Below, in pieces: positions 45,498 to 54,503 of a DNA stretch of 64,000 nucleotides. The stretch is taken from IMG/VR virus record IMGVR_UViG_3300022231_000029; one strand, 5' to 3'. The position numbers and the translations under genes are program-made. Under the pieces are notes generated by a model. The model saw only the letters and a program-made list of their open reading frames with translations. It made no database searches and was not told the origin of the DNA. The stretch is from a virus. Positions within the stretch are counted from its first letter, which is position 1; each line of letters starts with the position of its first letter.

Positions 45498-45665
45498 TTA
45501 TTTTGTTGAGATCATTTTCTTGAAGACTGAGAGTGCTTCCGGAAGAGTGAGAGTTTTCAGAACCAGCCCCAAACAGCGGATCACTTGCTTGATCTCACCA
45601 ATGTTCAGATTCTTTTTCCCGCCTTCAATTGCCGCTACCTTCTTCGCCAGTTCGTTCAGATTCAT
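45498..45665 (-). CDS. HU-like small protein, helical dimerisation part only (55 aa, not in ORF track)
   Basis: translated by hand: MNLNELAKKVAAIEGGKKNLNIGEIKQVIRCLGLVLKTL...; AAGGAGG RBS; terminator downstream. Confidence 0.55.
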   Translation of the reverse strand: MNLNELAKKVAAIEGGKKNLNIGEIKQVIRCLGLVLKTLTLPEALSVFKKMISTK

Positions 45666-45999
45666 TTGTGCCTCCTTCGGCGTTAGTCTGACATTTCGTA
45701 TTCTTTAAAACTTCTTCTGTTAAAATACTTGGATGAAATTCACTCGCTGTAAAGCCGCACTTTCCACATCTAAAGTTAGGATTCATAAACCCTTGATTGT
45801 GGTCATAAGGACAACAAAGGTAGCGAGTGAGACGTTCCAGCCGCAGATATTGATTCTCGTTTCTTCCCTCAAGGTTGCCGATCTCAGTTAATTTTAACCA
45901 GATCACGCCTTTCAGATGTTCAATCGTTTTATCTTTCTGCCAATTTTCCCAGACCTCATAGATCATAAATCCGACGATGATAATTTCAAACATTCCCAT
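45625..45999 (-). CDS. membrane-anchored protein with Cys cluster
   Basis: N-terminal TM; CCPYDH...CGKC. Confidence 0.6.
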   Translation of the reverse strand: MGMFEIIIVGFMIYEVWENWQKDKTIEHLKGVIWLKLTEIGNLEGRNENQYLRLERLTRYLCCPYDHNQGFMNPNFRCGKCGFTASEFHPSILTEEVLKNTKCQTNAEGGTNESERTGEEGSGN

Positions 46000-46195
46000 T
46001 TTTATCTCCTGGAAGCGGAAGCTTCACTCTTTGAATTTCTTCCCATTTCAGATTTCTCTCAACACCATGATATCGAAATCCATAATACATTCCATCAGTC
46101 TCCGGAATGCTATCAAGCTCAATTTTTTGAGCGAAAAGAATGATCTCCCCATTCTTCACTTCGATCTTAATGTCGCTGATCATTTCATGAGACAT
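45986..46195 (-). CDS. hypothetical protein
   Basis: operon ORF. Confidence 0.55.
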   Translation of the reverse strand: MSHEMISDIKIEVKNGEIILFAQKIELDSIPETDGMYYGFRYHGVERNLKWEEIQRVKLPLPGDKNGNV

Positions 46196-46319
46196 AACTA
46201 CTTCCAGGAAGCGATAGCTACCGCGATTGCTTTACAAACTCCCACGACCGTATCACCCACAATCAGGAAAAGAAAAAACGTCAAAAATGGGTGCTCTCCG
46301 GCAAAGTCAAAAAAGTCTT

Positions 46320-46514
46320 TCATACTTCTTCTCCTGGAATAGGTGCTGCTTCAGCAATAGCGTGAAGCTGTTTTGTGACTTCTCGGAGAACCTGAATCCC
46401 CTCAAGACACTGATCGACTTCTTCCTGCGGAAGAGCGCCATCATTCACAGATAAGTCTCTTTCAGCAGCGTCGAGAATTTTAAAAACGATATCACTTGAT
46501 AATGCTGGCATCAT
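46320..46514 (-). CDS. hypothetical protein
   Basis: GGAGG RBS. Confidence 0.55.
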   Translation of the reverse strand: MMPALSSDIVFKILDAAERDLSVNDGALPQEEVDQCLEGIQVLREVTKQLHAIAEAAPIPGEEV

Positions 46515-46523
46515 GTCGCCCTC

Positions 46524-46724
46524 CTATTCGTTTGCACCACGGATAATTCTAAATCCTGTTTTACTTAATTTCTTCCGGAAGTCCTTATCCTCCAGACGGC
46601 GAGAAACTTCTTCGATCATCAGATCCTCGTCGGCATGTTTCAAAACTTCAGCTTCTTTTTCGCGTCTTTGTCTTCGCTCCAGGGCGATAACAAAAGATCG
46701 TTCTCCATCGTATTGCTGACACAT
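46524..46724 (-). CDS. hypothetical protein
   Basis: AGGAG RBS. Confidence 0.55.
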   Translation of the reverse strand: MCQQYDGERSFVIALERRQRREKEAEVLKHADEDLMIEEVSRRLEDKDFRKKLSKTGFRIIRGANE

Positions 46725-47010
46725 AATTTCTCCTATGGAAGCTTCATGTTCTTTTTCAAGTTTTCGAAAAGTTCATTGTCGTTCAGTTCATCACATTTGG
46801 TTTTGACTGTTCTGATTCTTGTATTCATGTTGTAGGCCCTCCGCAAATCATCTCAAGGTAAAATCCTCTGAGATATGTCATGATCTCAGCGATAGTGGGA
46901 AGAGTCTTCTTCACGCGCCGATATTTTTCTTCGCCAGTTCTAATGAGAATGCAAATGGAGTAATGTCCATTCCATCTTCCCGGACTGTGTATCCGTGGAA
47001 GTCAACGTAA

Positions 47011-47292
47011 TCAAGATTCTTGTCTTTCATTCTTTGCGCGAGCATATCCGGCCTGGTAGAAGTCGTAGTTTGTCCATCCCTCGGAGAACTGCGTGTCCTC
47101 CAGGAATTTGTCTGCTGTCGTGAGGAAAGGTGTCGGGTTAAAGTAACATGTCCCCACCTTCACCGGATCACATCTCCAGAGATAGTCCTGATAATGATCA
47201 AGATAATACTTGTAGCATTCACCCCATACGGGAAATGTCACCATCCGGGTATTTCTTCCTTTGATGACCACCGATAAAGTCCAGAGAATCAC
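47011..47292 (-). CDS. hypothetical protein
   Basis: operon ORF. Confidence 0.55.
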   Translation of the reverse strand: MILWTLSVVIKGRNTRMVTFPVWGECYKYYLDHYQDYLWRCDPVKVGTCYFNPTPFLTTADKFLEDTQFSEGWTNYDFYQAGYARAKNERQES

Positions 47293-47295
47293 TTC

Positions 47296-47523
47296 CTACC
47301 TCTCATTCCACCATGTCAATAAAGCGATCACCAAAATGTTAAAAAGGAAGATACCGCTGGAGACTCCCATCCATATTGAAAACCATGAAAAAATCTCGCC
47401 ACCAAAAATCATCCAAAAAGATGGGACGACGAAAGAGAGTGCAGCATTCAGCATGATTCCTGGAGTTACCCAATCATGCCAAAATTGTCCTAGCCAGAAA
47501 TTCCAATAATATTTTCTTCCCAT
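47296..47523 (-). CDS. two-TM membrane protein
   Basis: start moved to ATG 47523 (TAATG overlap); Trp/Phe-rich. Confidence 0.6.
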   Translation of the reverse strand: MGRKYYWNFWLGQFWHDWVTPGIMLNAALSFVVPSFWMIFGGEIFSWFSIWMGVSSGIFLFNILVIALLTWWNER

Positions 47524-47696
47524 TAATTCCCCCTCACTGGTTTTGTAATCCACATTAGAAATTCCCGATCCGACATATTCCAGAGGCAATCCTCATTGAG
47601 CGCATCCATAGTGAAGCGATTGATGAGAAACTGCCCCACACGCTCATGCTTTGACAGGCGAAAGATTGTCCACGCTATTTTTAGTCTTAGTAACAT
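47523..47696 (-). CDS. small hypothetical protein
   Basis: start moved to ATG 47696. Confidence 0.45.
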   Translation of the reverse strand: MLLRLKIAWTIFRLSKHERVGQFLINRFTMDALNEDCLWNMSDREFLMWITKPVRGN

Positions 47697-47916
47697 TTTT
47701 CTTCTCCTGACGTTGTTCGAGCTCGAAAACCATCTTGTTGGCACATGCCTGAAGAGCCTTCGCCACTTCCAGATCGGTCGTAACCATTCCTCTAAAGTCG
47801 CAGCGTTCACCTTGTTTCCCAAAGTAGAATCCGACAGCGTTTCCGGACTTCACTGTTCTCAAAACCCCGTCAGCTTCATAAACATAGTCCAGAGAGATAC
47901 CTCTACTCTTACTCAT
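47644..47916 (-). CDS. hypothetical protein
   Basis: ATGA-coupled ORF. Confidence 0.6.
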   Translation of the reverse strand: MSKSRGISLDYVYEADGVLRTVKSGNAVGFYFGKQGERCDFRGMVTTDLEVAKALQACANKMVFELEQRQEKKNVTKTKNSVDNLSPVKA

Positions 47917-48581
47917 TTCAATCCCCTTTTAATGATCGTATCAACGTAAGTGAGAATTTGTTCCTTCGAAGACTTATCCTTTTCAAGACTCTCTTCTGAC
48001 ATGTATCCCGGAGGAAGAACATCCCAGATTTCAAACCCGACATGCTGGTTCTTCGAGTTGCCGAGCTGGCCCGAGCCCCACATCTTGATGTAATGGCTTC
48101 CAATGAAAGCTCTCCATCTCATCGCATCTCGCCGAAGATCATCAAGTGACTGGCCATCAAGATTTTGCCGGTCAACCGCCAGCTCAGCAAAACCACCAGC
48201 ACCATTCGACGCTGATTTGATTTCGATGCCTTTTTCTTTCTCAAGCTTGCGGATATCACCCGAAGCCGCTTCAAGTGCTGGAGTCAACTTGACCATGTCT
48301 TCATGCCTGATGACTTTCTCACCCGGTTTTACAAAAAGAATCTCAAATGAAGCATGCTCTCCACTCATCGCCATCAGTTCGCTGATGCGTTCAGAAGCGG
48401 CCTTCTTCGCCGCGATTTCCGATGATGCTCTCACGGTGATGGAATCCGATGCCGCATATCCATTCACCTGATAAGTCACCGACCAATCCTTCGTGAAGAT
48501 ATCTTCGAAGTTGGAGTCATACTTTTCAATATCCGTTCTGAGAGACGCAACCTCAGTCACTCCATTTCGATTTGTTCTCAT
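47913..48581 (-). CDS. hypothetical protein (222 aa)
   Basis: ATGA-coupled ORF. Confidence 0.7.
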   Translation of the reverse strand: MRTNRNGVTEVASLRTDIEKYDSNFEDIFTKDWSVTYQVNGYAASDSITVRASSEIAAKKAASERISELMAMSGEHASFEILFVKPGEKVIRHEDMVKLTPALEAASGDIRKLEKEKGIEIKSASNGAGGFAELAVDRQNLDGQSLDDLRRDAMRWRAFIGSHYIKMWGSGQLGNSKNQHVGFEIWDVLPPGYMSEESLEKDKSSKEQILTYVDTIIKRGLK

Positions 48582-48766
48582 TGGTAATACCCAAACATCG
48601 CCACGCCAGCACAGATTGTTGCGATTGCCGCAACAAAATGAAACACCACTTTACCAAGCCCTTCCGATGTACTGAGAGTCATGAATGACCATCCATGATA
48701 AGCACCGTTAAGAAGCAATACCACCTGAAACCAAACCAACGCGATAATACTCATTTGAAACGTCAT
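48578..48766 (-). CDS. two-TM membrane protein
   Basis: hydrophobic helices. Confidence 0.55.
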   Translation of the reverse strand: MTFQMSIIALVWFQVVLLLNGAYHGWSFMTLSTSEGLGKVVFHFVAAIATICAGVAMFGYYQ

Positions 48767-48774
48767 AAAATCTC

Positions 48775-48963
48775 CTATTTTCCAAGGTTATCTGAAATCA
48801 TTTGTAAAAAAATCACCAGGCCAACAAGAATCGCCACCAGGTATTGCCCCTTCACCCAATTATTAATAAAGCTGATGATGGCCACAATCGCAATCACCGC
48901 CATAAGAGCAAGAGACATCGCAAAGATTCCGTATTGTAAAATAGCTCCCACCTCGTATGACAT
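48775..48963 (-). CDS. two-TM membrane protein
   Basis: hydrophobic helices. Confidence 0.6.
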   Translation of the reverse strand: MSYEVGAILQYGIFAMSLALMAVIAIVAIISFINNWVKGQYLVAILVGLVIFLQMISDNLGK

Positions 48964-48966
48964 CGC

Positions 48967-49410
48967 TTATCCCTGGATATTATTTTGTTCAAAGTAAGCA
49001 AGCATCTCTTCTTCATTGGCACCATTCTCCACCATCTTGATGCCATTGATGACTTCCTGGTATCGCTTTTCCATCGCCTGAAGAAACGCCTCAGTCAGTG
49101 CTGAATTTTTATGCAGATTTTTTCTGGCACTCGTTGTCCCGTCCAGCATATTCACCATGAGCATCTTGTACGCCTCACGCACGTTGGCGCGAAGGCGAGC
49201 ACCCTCTCTATAGCTCTTACTCATCACTTTATACGAGCCAAGCTGAGCGACACTCCAGTTCATCACCATCATCACAAGAAAGGCCGTAACCGGGTTCTTT
49301 GTCTCAGCAAGAATCAGAACACCCACGATCAGCATTGCCACAAGTTCCGGGATCACGGACTTCATTCCGTCGATCGCGTCCATAAAGAGTTCTTTCTGGG
49401 TTCTTTTCAT
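48967..49410 (-). CDS. membrane protein (147 aa)
   Basis: two TM helices then soluble helix; TAATG overlap. Confidence 0.7.
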   Translation of the reverse strand: MKRTQKELFMDAIDGMKSVIPELVAMLIVGVLILAETKNPVTAFLVMMVMNWSVAQLGSYKVMSKSYREGARLRANVREAYKMLMVNMLDGTTSARKNLHKNSALTEAFLQAMEKRYQEVINGIKMVENGANEEEMLAYFEQNNIQG

Positions 49411-49919
49411 TATCTGTTCTCCAGGTCGGTGAGTTGCTTTTGAAGCGACTCATTTAAGTTTTGTGCATGTTCCACTTTCGCCTTCCCTACGATCACATGA
49501 TCCTTTGGAATCGGCGGTGGTTCCGTCATGGAAATCTTTTCCCGATGAAGGCGAAGCTCCCATGATTGCCCAATGTCATACAAGGCATTGTCATCATGCT
49601 TTCTCGTCGGAAGATGACTCCCGAGATATGCCGTAAGACCCTTGATCCCCCGAATCGTTGGCCAGTTAAGTTGTGGCCAGGACTTGAAGATGATCTTCTG
49701 CTGTCTGATGATTTCATCGACAGTGAAAAGCATTGTGATCATTGAAAGCCCGGAAACGCGATTGCCAATTTCATTCAGGCGAACCGTCCAGCAAACTTTC
49801 TTGTCTTCAATGTAATAAGAAATCCACACCTTGTTGTCGGTGCTGAAGTTCTCAGTGCCAGACTTCAAGATTGAAAATCGGCGCTCACCCCTCGCCCGCT
49901 CAAGCTCCATCTTTTCCAT
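49410..49919 (-). CDS. hypothetical protein (169 aa)
   Basis: GGAG RBS. Confidence 0.7.
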   Translation of the reverse strand: MEKMELERARGERRFSILKSGTENFSTDNKVWISYYIEDKKVCWTVRLNEIGNRVSGLSMITMLFTVDEIIRQQKIIFKSWPQLNWPTIRGIKGLTAYLGSHLPTRKHDDNALYDIGQSWELRLHREKISMTEPPPIPKDHVIVGKAKVEHAQNLNESLQKQLTDLENR

Positions 49920-49920
49920 A

Positions 49921-50151
49921 TCAGCTCTCCCCTTTTTCCAGAATTTCCCGGACGATTCTATTTACTGCAATAACGTATTCTTCATGAAGCGGATCAATGC
50001 GCCCGCCTCTCTCCCAAGTGAGATCATATAAAATGTCGTGACACAATTCCAAGGCCGAAAGTGTCGTGAACATAAATGAATATGCGGTAAGTGGATTCTC
50101 AGCTAACTTTCGAAGAAGAACTTCTCTATTCTTTTCTTGTGTCTTTTCCAT
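49921..50151 (-). CDS. hypothetical protein
   Basis: operon ORF. Confidence 0.6.
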   Translation of the reverse strand: MEKTQEKNREVLLRKLAENPLTAYSFMFTTLSALELCHDILYDLTWERGGRIDPLHEEYVIAVNRIVREILEKGES

Positions 50152-50327
50152 ATCACTACCGGCACGTCCTTTATCGGAAACAAAATACCAAAATCGTGGA
50201 GATCGTCATCACTCAAGAATGCTGACATTTGTTCCTCTCCATCTAACCGATAGATCAGAATGGATTTCTCGTTTCGGATAACTATTTCGCCGGTCAAGGC
50301 AAGATAAACCTGGATCGCGTCCTTCAT
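50103..50327 (-). CDS. hypothetical protein
   Basis: first ORF after intergenic AT-rich region. Confidence 0.5.
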   Translation of the reverse strand: MKDAIQVYLALTGEIVIRNEKSILIYRLDGEEQMSAFLSDDDLHDFGILFPIKDVPVVIWKRHKKRIEKFFFES

Positions 50328-50400
50328 AAGGTTCAGTATATGCGAAAAAGGTCTTCAGAAATAAAACGTCGAAATTAAAATCTATTCTGGTCTATCGTTT

Positions 50401-50428
50401 AGAAAGAGAGGAGGGCGAACCCTCCTCC
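50401..50428 (-). terminator. intrinsic terminator
   Basis: GAGGAGGG-ttcg-CCCTCCTC then TCTTTCT. Confidence 0.75.
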
Positions 50429-50437
50429 CGGAATCAA

Positions 50438-51250
50438 TTACTGAGCGAGAAGACCAGCAACATCACCCTGGCCGCGGTCAGCTTCGAGGGCCATAAGGCG
50501 CTCGTAGTTTGAACGAGTAGCTTCTTCTTTTGATACAGAAGTAGCATCGCTAGACTCGTGCGGAGTCGGAGCGTTGAGAGAGTTGATACAACCCTTGATG
50601 AAAGAGTTGAAACGAACTGAATCAGCAGTCTTCACCTGGAAGACGTGAGCAGCGTTACCCTTCGTGATCTCAAGGTTGAACTCTTGCTTAAGACGCTCTT
50701 TACCTTCGATTTTCCCAACGTAGCTGATACGAACCATTGGATCAGCTTTCACAAGCGATGGAGTCGCAGCATTCGTAGGAATTTTCTCAAGGATACGAAG
50801 AGTCGGAGATGCCCAGATACCGAACTCTTTTCCGTTGAGGTCGCGGAACTTGTAGTAAGAGTTGTAGTAGTAGAGATTCTTCTCTGTACGGAACTCTTTC
50901 CAGTTTTCTTTCTGCTCTTTAGCGAAGATGTGAACTGTACCGAGGAGGTACGCTGTGATCACAGTTCCAGCGCGAAGACCCATACCGCCAGCTACGAGAA
51001 GCGGAAGGTTTTGCTGTTCTGGTTTTGCGTCAACGAAGTTAACGTCACCAGCAGCAGACGCAGAAGACGCGAGTGAAGCGAGGATGTCGAGATTTCCCTG
51101 AACTTCTTCAGTTGTCATCGTCGAAAGTTCAGCAACTTCTTCTGCCGAGAGAGAACCGAGAACTGCCGCCTGTGCTGGTGTCAGTGCTGCGAGAACTTCT
51201 GCTGCGAGAGCTGGAGTGCCTGCTTGTTGATCTTGTTGTTTCTTACCCAT
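50438..51250 (-). CDS. OB-fold single-stranded DNA-binding protein (tentative)
   Basis: start moved to ATG 51250 (AGGAG RBS); FGIWASPTLRIL...VRISYVGKIEG...HVFQV; own terminator. Confidence 0.45.
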   Translation of the reverse strand: MGKKQQDQQAGTPALAAEVLAALTPAQAAVLGSLSAEEVAELSTMTTEEVQGNLDILASLASSASAAGDVNFVDAKPEQQNLPLLVAGGMGLRAGTVITAYLLGTVHIFAKEQKENWKEFRTEKNLYYYNSYYKFRDLNGKEFGIWASPTLRILEKIPTNAATPSLVKADPMVRISYVGKIEGKERLKQEFNLEITKGNAAHVFQVKTADSVRFNSFIKGCINSLNAPTPHESSDATSVSKEEATRSNYERLMALEADRGQGDVAGLLAQ

Positions 51251-51300
51251 GTGATATCTCCTAAAAAATCTCCTCAGAACCATTCCGGGAGCGTTGTTGA

Positions 51301-51603
51301 TTATTTCTTCTTCCAATCACCAAGTAACATTGCTGGTACGAGAATGACAAGAATCGGTAATGTGACTTCTATAAAATCTAAAATACTTTCGTGATACTTC
51401 TTTTCGATGTTCCATTCAGTCATCTTTCTGAGAGAAATAATTTCCCAAGCAGGTCGGTTTGACAATGGGGTGTAATCAAAAAGTTCAAACTTTTTTCCAC
51501 AATACTTTGTTTCTCGATAGATACACGGGGTTTCTGGAGCGAGAAATCCGCTCACGGCTTCGCCGTTGCTCGCATCTTCGATGCTGCTTTTACATGTGCT
51601 CAT
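51301..51603 (-). CDS. membrane protein whose N-terminus is encoded by the cassette D arm
   Basis: ATG 51603 overlaps TGA of four-helix gene; MSTCKSSIEDASNGEAVSGF from arm; C-terminal TM. Confidence 0.6.
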   Translation of the reverse strand: MSTCKSSIEDASNGEAVSGFLAPETPCIYRETKYCGKKFELFDYTPLSNRPAWEIISLRKMTEWNIEKKYHESILDFIEVTLPILVILVPAMLLGDWKKK

Positions 51604-52001
51604 CTCTTTAATGTCTTGTGAAATGTTTTCAGTTTCATGCTCAGATCTTCGATCTTTGCGAGCAAGCCTTCGCATTCTGCTTTAAAGGAAGGATACAGAA
51701 GAATCGTTGCTTCGATCTGGCAATATAGTTCAGAACATGATCCGTTTGCGATAGATATAAACCTTGCAAAATCAAGATCAGAATTCTTTCCGCTTCCTTC
51801 TGCTATATTGGAAGGAATCGACAATGCTGCGCGATTCATTTGAGAGCAAAGATTATAAACTTCCTCCCTCGGAAGACCTCTTGATAATTTATAAATCTCT
51901 GTCAGGAGACTCATGCTTTCTTCATAAATTTTTAATTTTTTAAATCTCATCATTTGTCCATTCGTAGCAGCGCCGGAGGCGCAAGCAGCAGCGATAGCTG
52001 C
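51537..52001. mobile_element. hairpin-arm cassette D carrying a four-helix-bundle gene
   Basis: both ends read AGCA-hp-(A/G)AGCA-hp outward; loops GAA/GAA and GGA/GATA. Confidence 0.65.
51600..51953 (-). CDS. four-helix-bundle protein (23S rRNA IVP / Avd-like family)
   Basis: FKKLKIYEES...LPREEVYNLCSQMNRAALSIPSNIAEGSGKNSDLDFARFISIANGSCSEL. Confidence 0.92.
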   Translation of the reverse strand: MMRFKKLKIYEESMSLLTEIYKLSRGLPREEVYNLCSQMNRAALSIPSNIAEGSGKNSDLDFARFISIANGSCSELYCQIEATILLYPSFKAECEGLLAKIEDLSMKLKTFHKTLKR

Positions 52002-52022
52002 AAGCTGCCTCCCCTGCTGTTT

Positions 52023-52418
52023 TCAGATTACATTTTCCATTTTCACTTCAGCAAGACACTTCGTGATCTCTTCATGAAGCCCGCTTCGAAGAGAAGTGAT
52101 TGAAATGGCCGCATGATTATCAGTGGCATTCTCTAGCTGGCAAAGAGTCTCATACATTCTCTTTGCTTTCATAAGAAGATCGAAATTGAAAGTTCTTCGA
52201 TCATCACTCATGAGAAAACTTTGATAGTCACCAAAGCTTGCCATGAGTTTGTTTTCGAAATTTTCAACTCCTTCCTTTCCTCCGGAAATATATTTGATGA
52301 GTCTCATGTTGATGAGTTCATCCTGAATTCCCAGATCTGTGCCGTTCGTAGAAATCTTTCTCCGAAACTCTTCTTGAGACTTTTCAAATTCTTCTTTTGT
52401 GTAATCCGTGACTGCCAT
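52023..52418 (-). CDS. hypothetical protein
   Basis: GGAGAGG RBS. Confidence 0.7.
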   Translation of the reverse strand: MAVTDYTKEEFEKSQEEFRRKISTNGTDLGIQDELINMRLIKYISGGKEGVENFENKLMASFGDYQSFLMSDDRRTFNFDLLMKAKRMYETLCQLENATDNHAAISITSLRSGLHEEITKCLAEVKMENVI

Positions 52419-52442
52419 AACCTCTCCGTGGTTGATTGATAA

Positions 52443-52898
52443 TTAAATGCGTACCGTAGTGTCTGAGAGCCCGAGTGAATCCGCTCTGTCGTAAGGGAAG
52501 ACTCTGATCTCGATCTCCTGAATTTCCTTGTAGCTGTTGAGAAGATTTTCCATCGCAAAGCTCATCACCATCAGATGCGGGTGATGATAGATTTGATTCG
52601 GCCAGGACAAACGAACAAGGGCCGGCATCGAACAGGGAGAACCGACGAATGCCGGAAGTTCTACCATGGATGACTTCTGTCCTTCTCCGCACACCTTTGG
52701 TTCAGCATCAGCATAGTAAGCTGTCATGAACATGTCTCGCTCCGTGCCCTCGTTCGGGATCAGAACAACGAGATCCGCATGGGAGTTCCCATCGTAGGCG
52801 CTGTCTTGATAAGACACGGACTTTCTTACAACTTTACAGCGAAAGTTATATTCCCGTTTCTTTAACTCTTCTTTGTAATCATAGAATTCCACGCTCAT
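52443..52898 (-). CDS. hypothetical protein
   Basis: GGAGG RBS; first gene of leftward operon. Confidence 0.7.
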   Translation of the reverse strand: MSVEFYDYKEELKKREYNFRCKVVRKSVSYQDSAYDGNSHADLVVLIPNEGTERDMFMTAYYADAEPKVCGEGQKSSMVELPAFVGSPCSMPALVRLSWPNQIYHHPHLMVMSFAMENLLNSYKEIQEIEIRVFPYDRADSLGLSDTTVRI

Positions 52899-53012
52899 GT
52901 TACCCTCCGTGAATAAACATTATTTGAATTGCGTTAAATGTGCTAAAATATCATTCCCACATGGCAAGCGTCCCAAAGTGGCCAAGCACTTGTCAATAAG
53001 GAGTATTCCGTC

Positions 53013-53261
53013 ATGAAGATCGAACTCGCTTCACTCACCCCCTACATTCTTTTCATCTTCGGGCTCATCATTACCTACATAGGATGGACAACGAAGAAGA
53101 TCCTGGAAAATATCGAAGCCGCCATCAAGGCGACCGCCAAAAAAGTTGACTATCACGATCGGCACATCACTGAAATCTTTGGAACCCTCAAACTTCATGA
53201 AAACAAATTCGATACCCTCAACGATCGAATTGATGAACTCAGGAAATCTGATAAGATTTAA
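53013..53261 (+). CDS. holin-like protein (one TM plus coiled coil)
   Basis: AAGGAG RBS; directly upstream of lysozyme. Confidence 0.5.
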   Translation: MKIELASLTPYILFIFGLIITYIGWTTKKILENIEAAIKATAKKVDYHDRHITEIFGTLKLHENKFDTLNDRIDELRKSDKI

Positions 53262-53287
53262 AGAGAATTGAAGATCAAGGTGGATCG

Positions 53288-53983
53288 GTGAATTACAAGG
53301 ACGCAATCAATAAGGTTCTGGAGCATGAAGGTGGGTTTGTAAATAACCCGCTCGATAAAGGCGGCGCTACCAATTGGGGTGTCACTCAAGAGACCTACAA
53401 CAACTACATGACCTATATCACCGGGAAGCCTTATGTTTCCACGGTTGCTGAAATTCAGGCCATGCCTCTTGATACCGCCATCAAAATCTACAAGCTCTTT
53501 TATTGGGATGTCATCTGGGGCGATAAAATCAAAAAGTATTCTGTCGCTGCTGCCATCTTCGATCAAGCTATCAACCGTGGCCCTGATGCCGCTTTGAAAC
53601 AAGCGCAGAGAGTTCTGGGGATCACCCAGGATGGACTGATGGGTAACAATACCCTTACAGCTCTCAACAATGCTACCGCCACCACGGACTCAGAAGCAAA
53701 ATTTCTCAGTAGCTACCTCCAGGAATCAATTCTGGCCTACAATACAATCGTCAAAAATAACCCATCTCAGTCTGTGTTCTTGAATGGCTGGCTGAAGAGA
53801 GTTGAATCTCTCCGAAGCTATGTGAATTCATACATAGGCTCCATTAACGCCACCACTGTCGGAATCGGTCTTGGGGTTGTCATTCTCCTGGCAGGTAGCT
53901 TTTTACTTTACTCAAAACGTGACGTGATTGCTGGCTACTTTAATAAGACCAGTGCTCCGGCACAAGTAACGAAGGCCGCATAA
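53288..53983 (+). CDS. glycoside hydrolase family 108 lysozyme with PG-binding domain and C-terminal TM helix
   Basis: LEHEGGFVNNPLDKGGATNWGVTQ; FDQAINRG; QSVFLNGWLKRV; TM VGIGLGVVILLAGSFLLY. Confidence 0.9.
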   Translation: MNYKDAINKVLEHEGGFVNNPLDKGGATNWGVTQETYNNYMTYITGKPYVSTVAEIQAMPLDTAIKIYKLFYWDVIWGDKIKKYSVAAAIFDQAINRGPDAALKQAQRVLGITQDGLMGNNTLTALNNATATTDSEAKFLSSYLQESILAYNTIVKNNPSQSVFLNGWLKRVESLRSYVNSYIGSINATTVGIGLGVVILLAGSFLLYSKRDVIAGYFNKTSAPAQVTKAA

Positions 53984-54336
53984 TGGAAACAAGACTCGCC
54001 GTAAAAGTGAAATCCGTCGTCGCTGTCATGAAAGTGAAAATTTTCAGCAAGACCGGATCTCGCGTCTTCACCGTTGATGATATTGATTTTCCATCAATGA
54101 TCTATTTCAAGGTTCCAGTGTACTTTGACTTCGACAACTATCTTCACGAGTATGAAGACTCTATCAATACAATCATCGCTCGTAACATCGAGGCGATGAC
54201 CGGCGAAATCAAGAGACGCGCCAAGAAAGCGAAAGTCATGGTTCCAGATGGAGTTGAATTCACCCTCATGAATATCTACTCCGAGAAAGAAGCTAAGAAA
54301 GAAGGAATCGCTCAGTGGAAAACAGTGGAGGAGTAA
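53983..54336 (+). CDS. hypothetical protein
   Basis: TAATG-coupled ORF. Confidence 0.7.
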   Translation: METRLAVKVKSVVAVMKVKIFSKTGSRVFTVDDIDFPSMIYFKVPVYFDFDNYLHEYEDSINTIIARNIEAMTGEIKRRAKKAKVMVPDGVEFTLMNIYSEKEAKKEGIAQWKTVEE

Positions 54337-54503
54337 CCGTGGACTACGAAGCTGAAAAGCTCAAGATCCAGAGGATGCAGATGTATCTTCAGTTCGTGAG
54401 CGTTCTCTCAAGCTGTGTTCTTCTCTACGTCCTCATTTCCGGGCGCGCGAAGACCAATCCTTATACTATCGAAGATGATCAAGATTTTTCAGGAGACGAG
54501 TAA
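54315..54503 (+). CDS. small membrane protein
   Basis: single TM; true start may be GTG 54339 (GGAGGAG RBS). Confidence 0.55.
   Translation: MENSGGVTVDYEAEKLKIQRMQMYLQFVSVLSSCVLLYVLISGRAKTNPYTIEDDQDFSGDE

Noticed and set aside
24911-52001. Complete diversity-generating retroelement
   Set aside because: No reverse transcriptase and no template/variable repeat pair visible in the window; Avd-like genes alone are insufficient.
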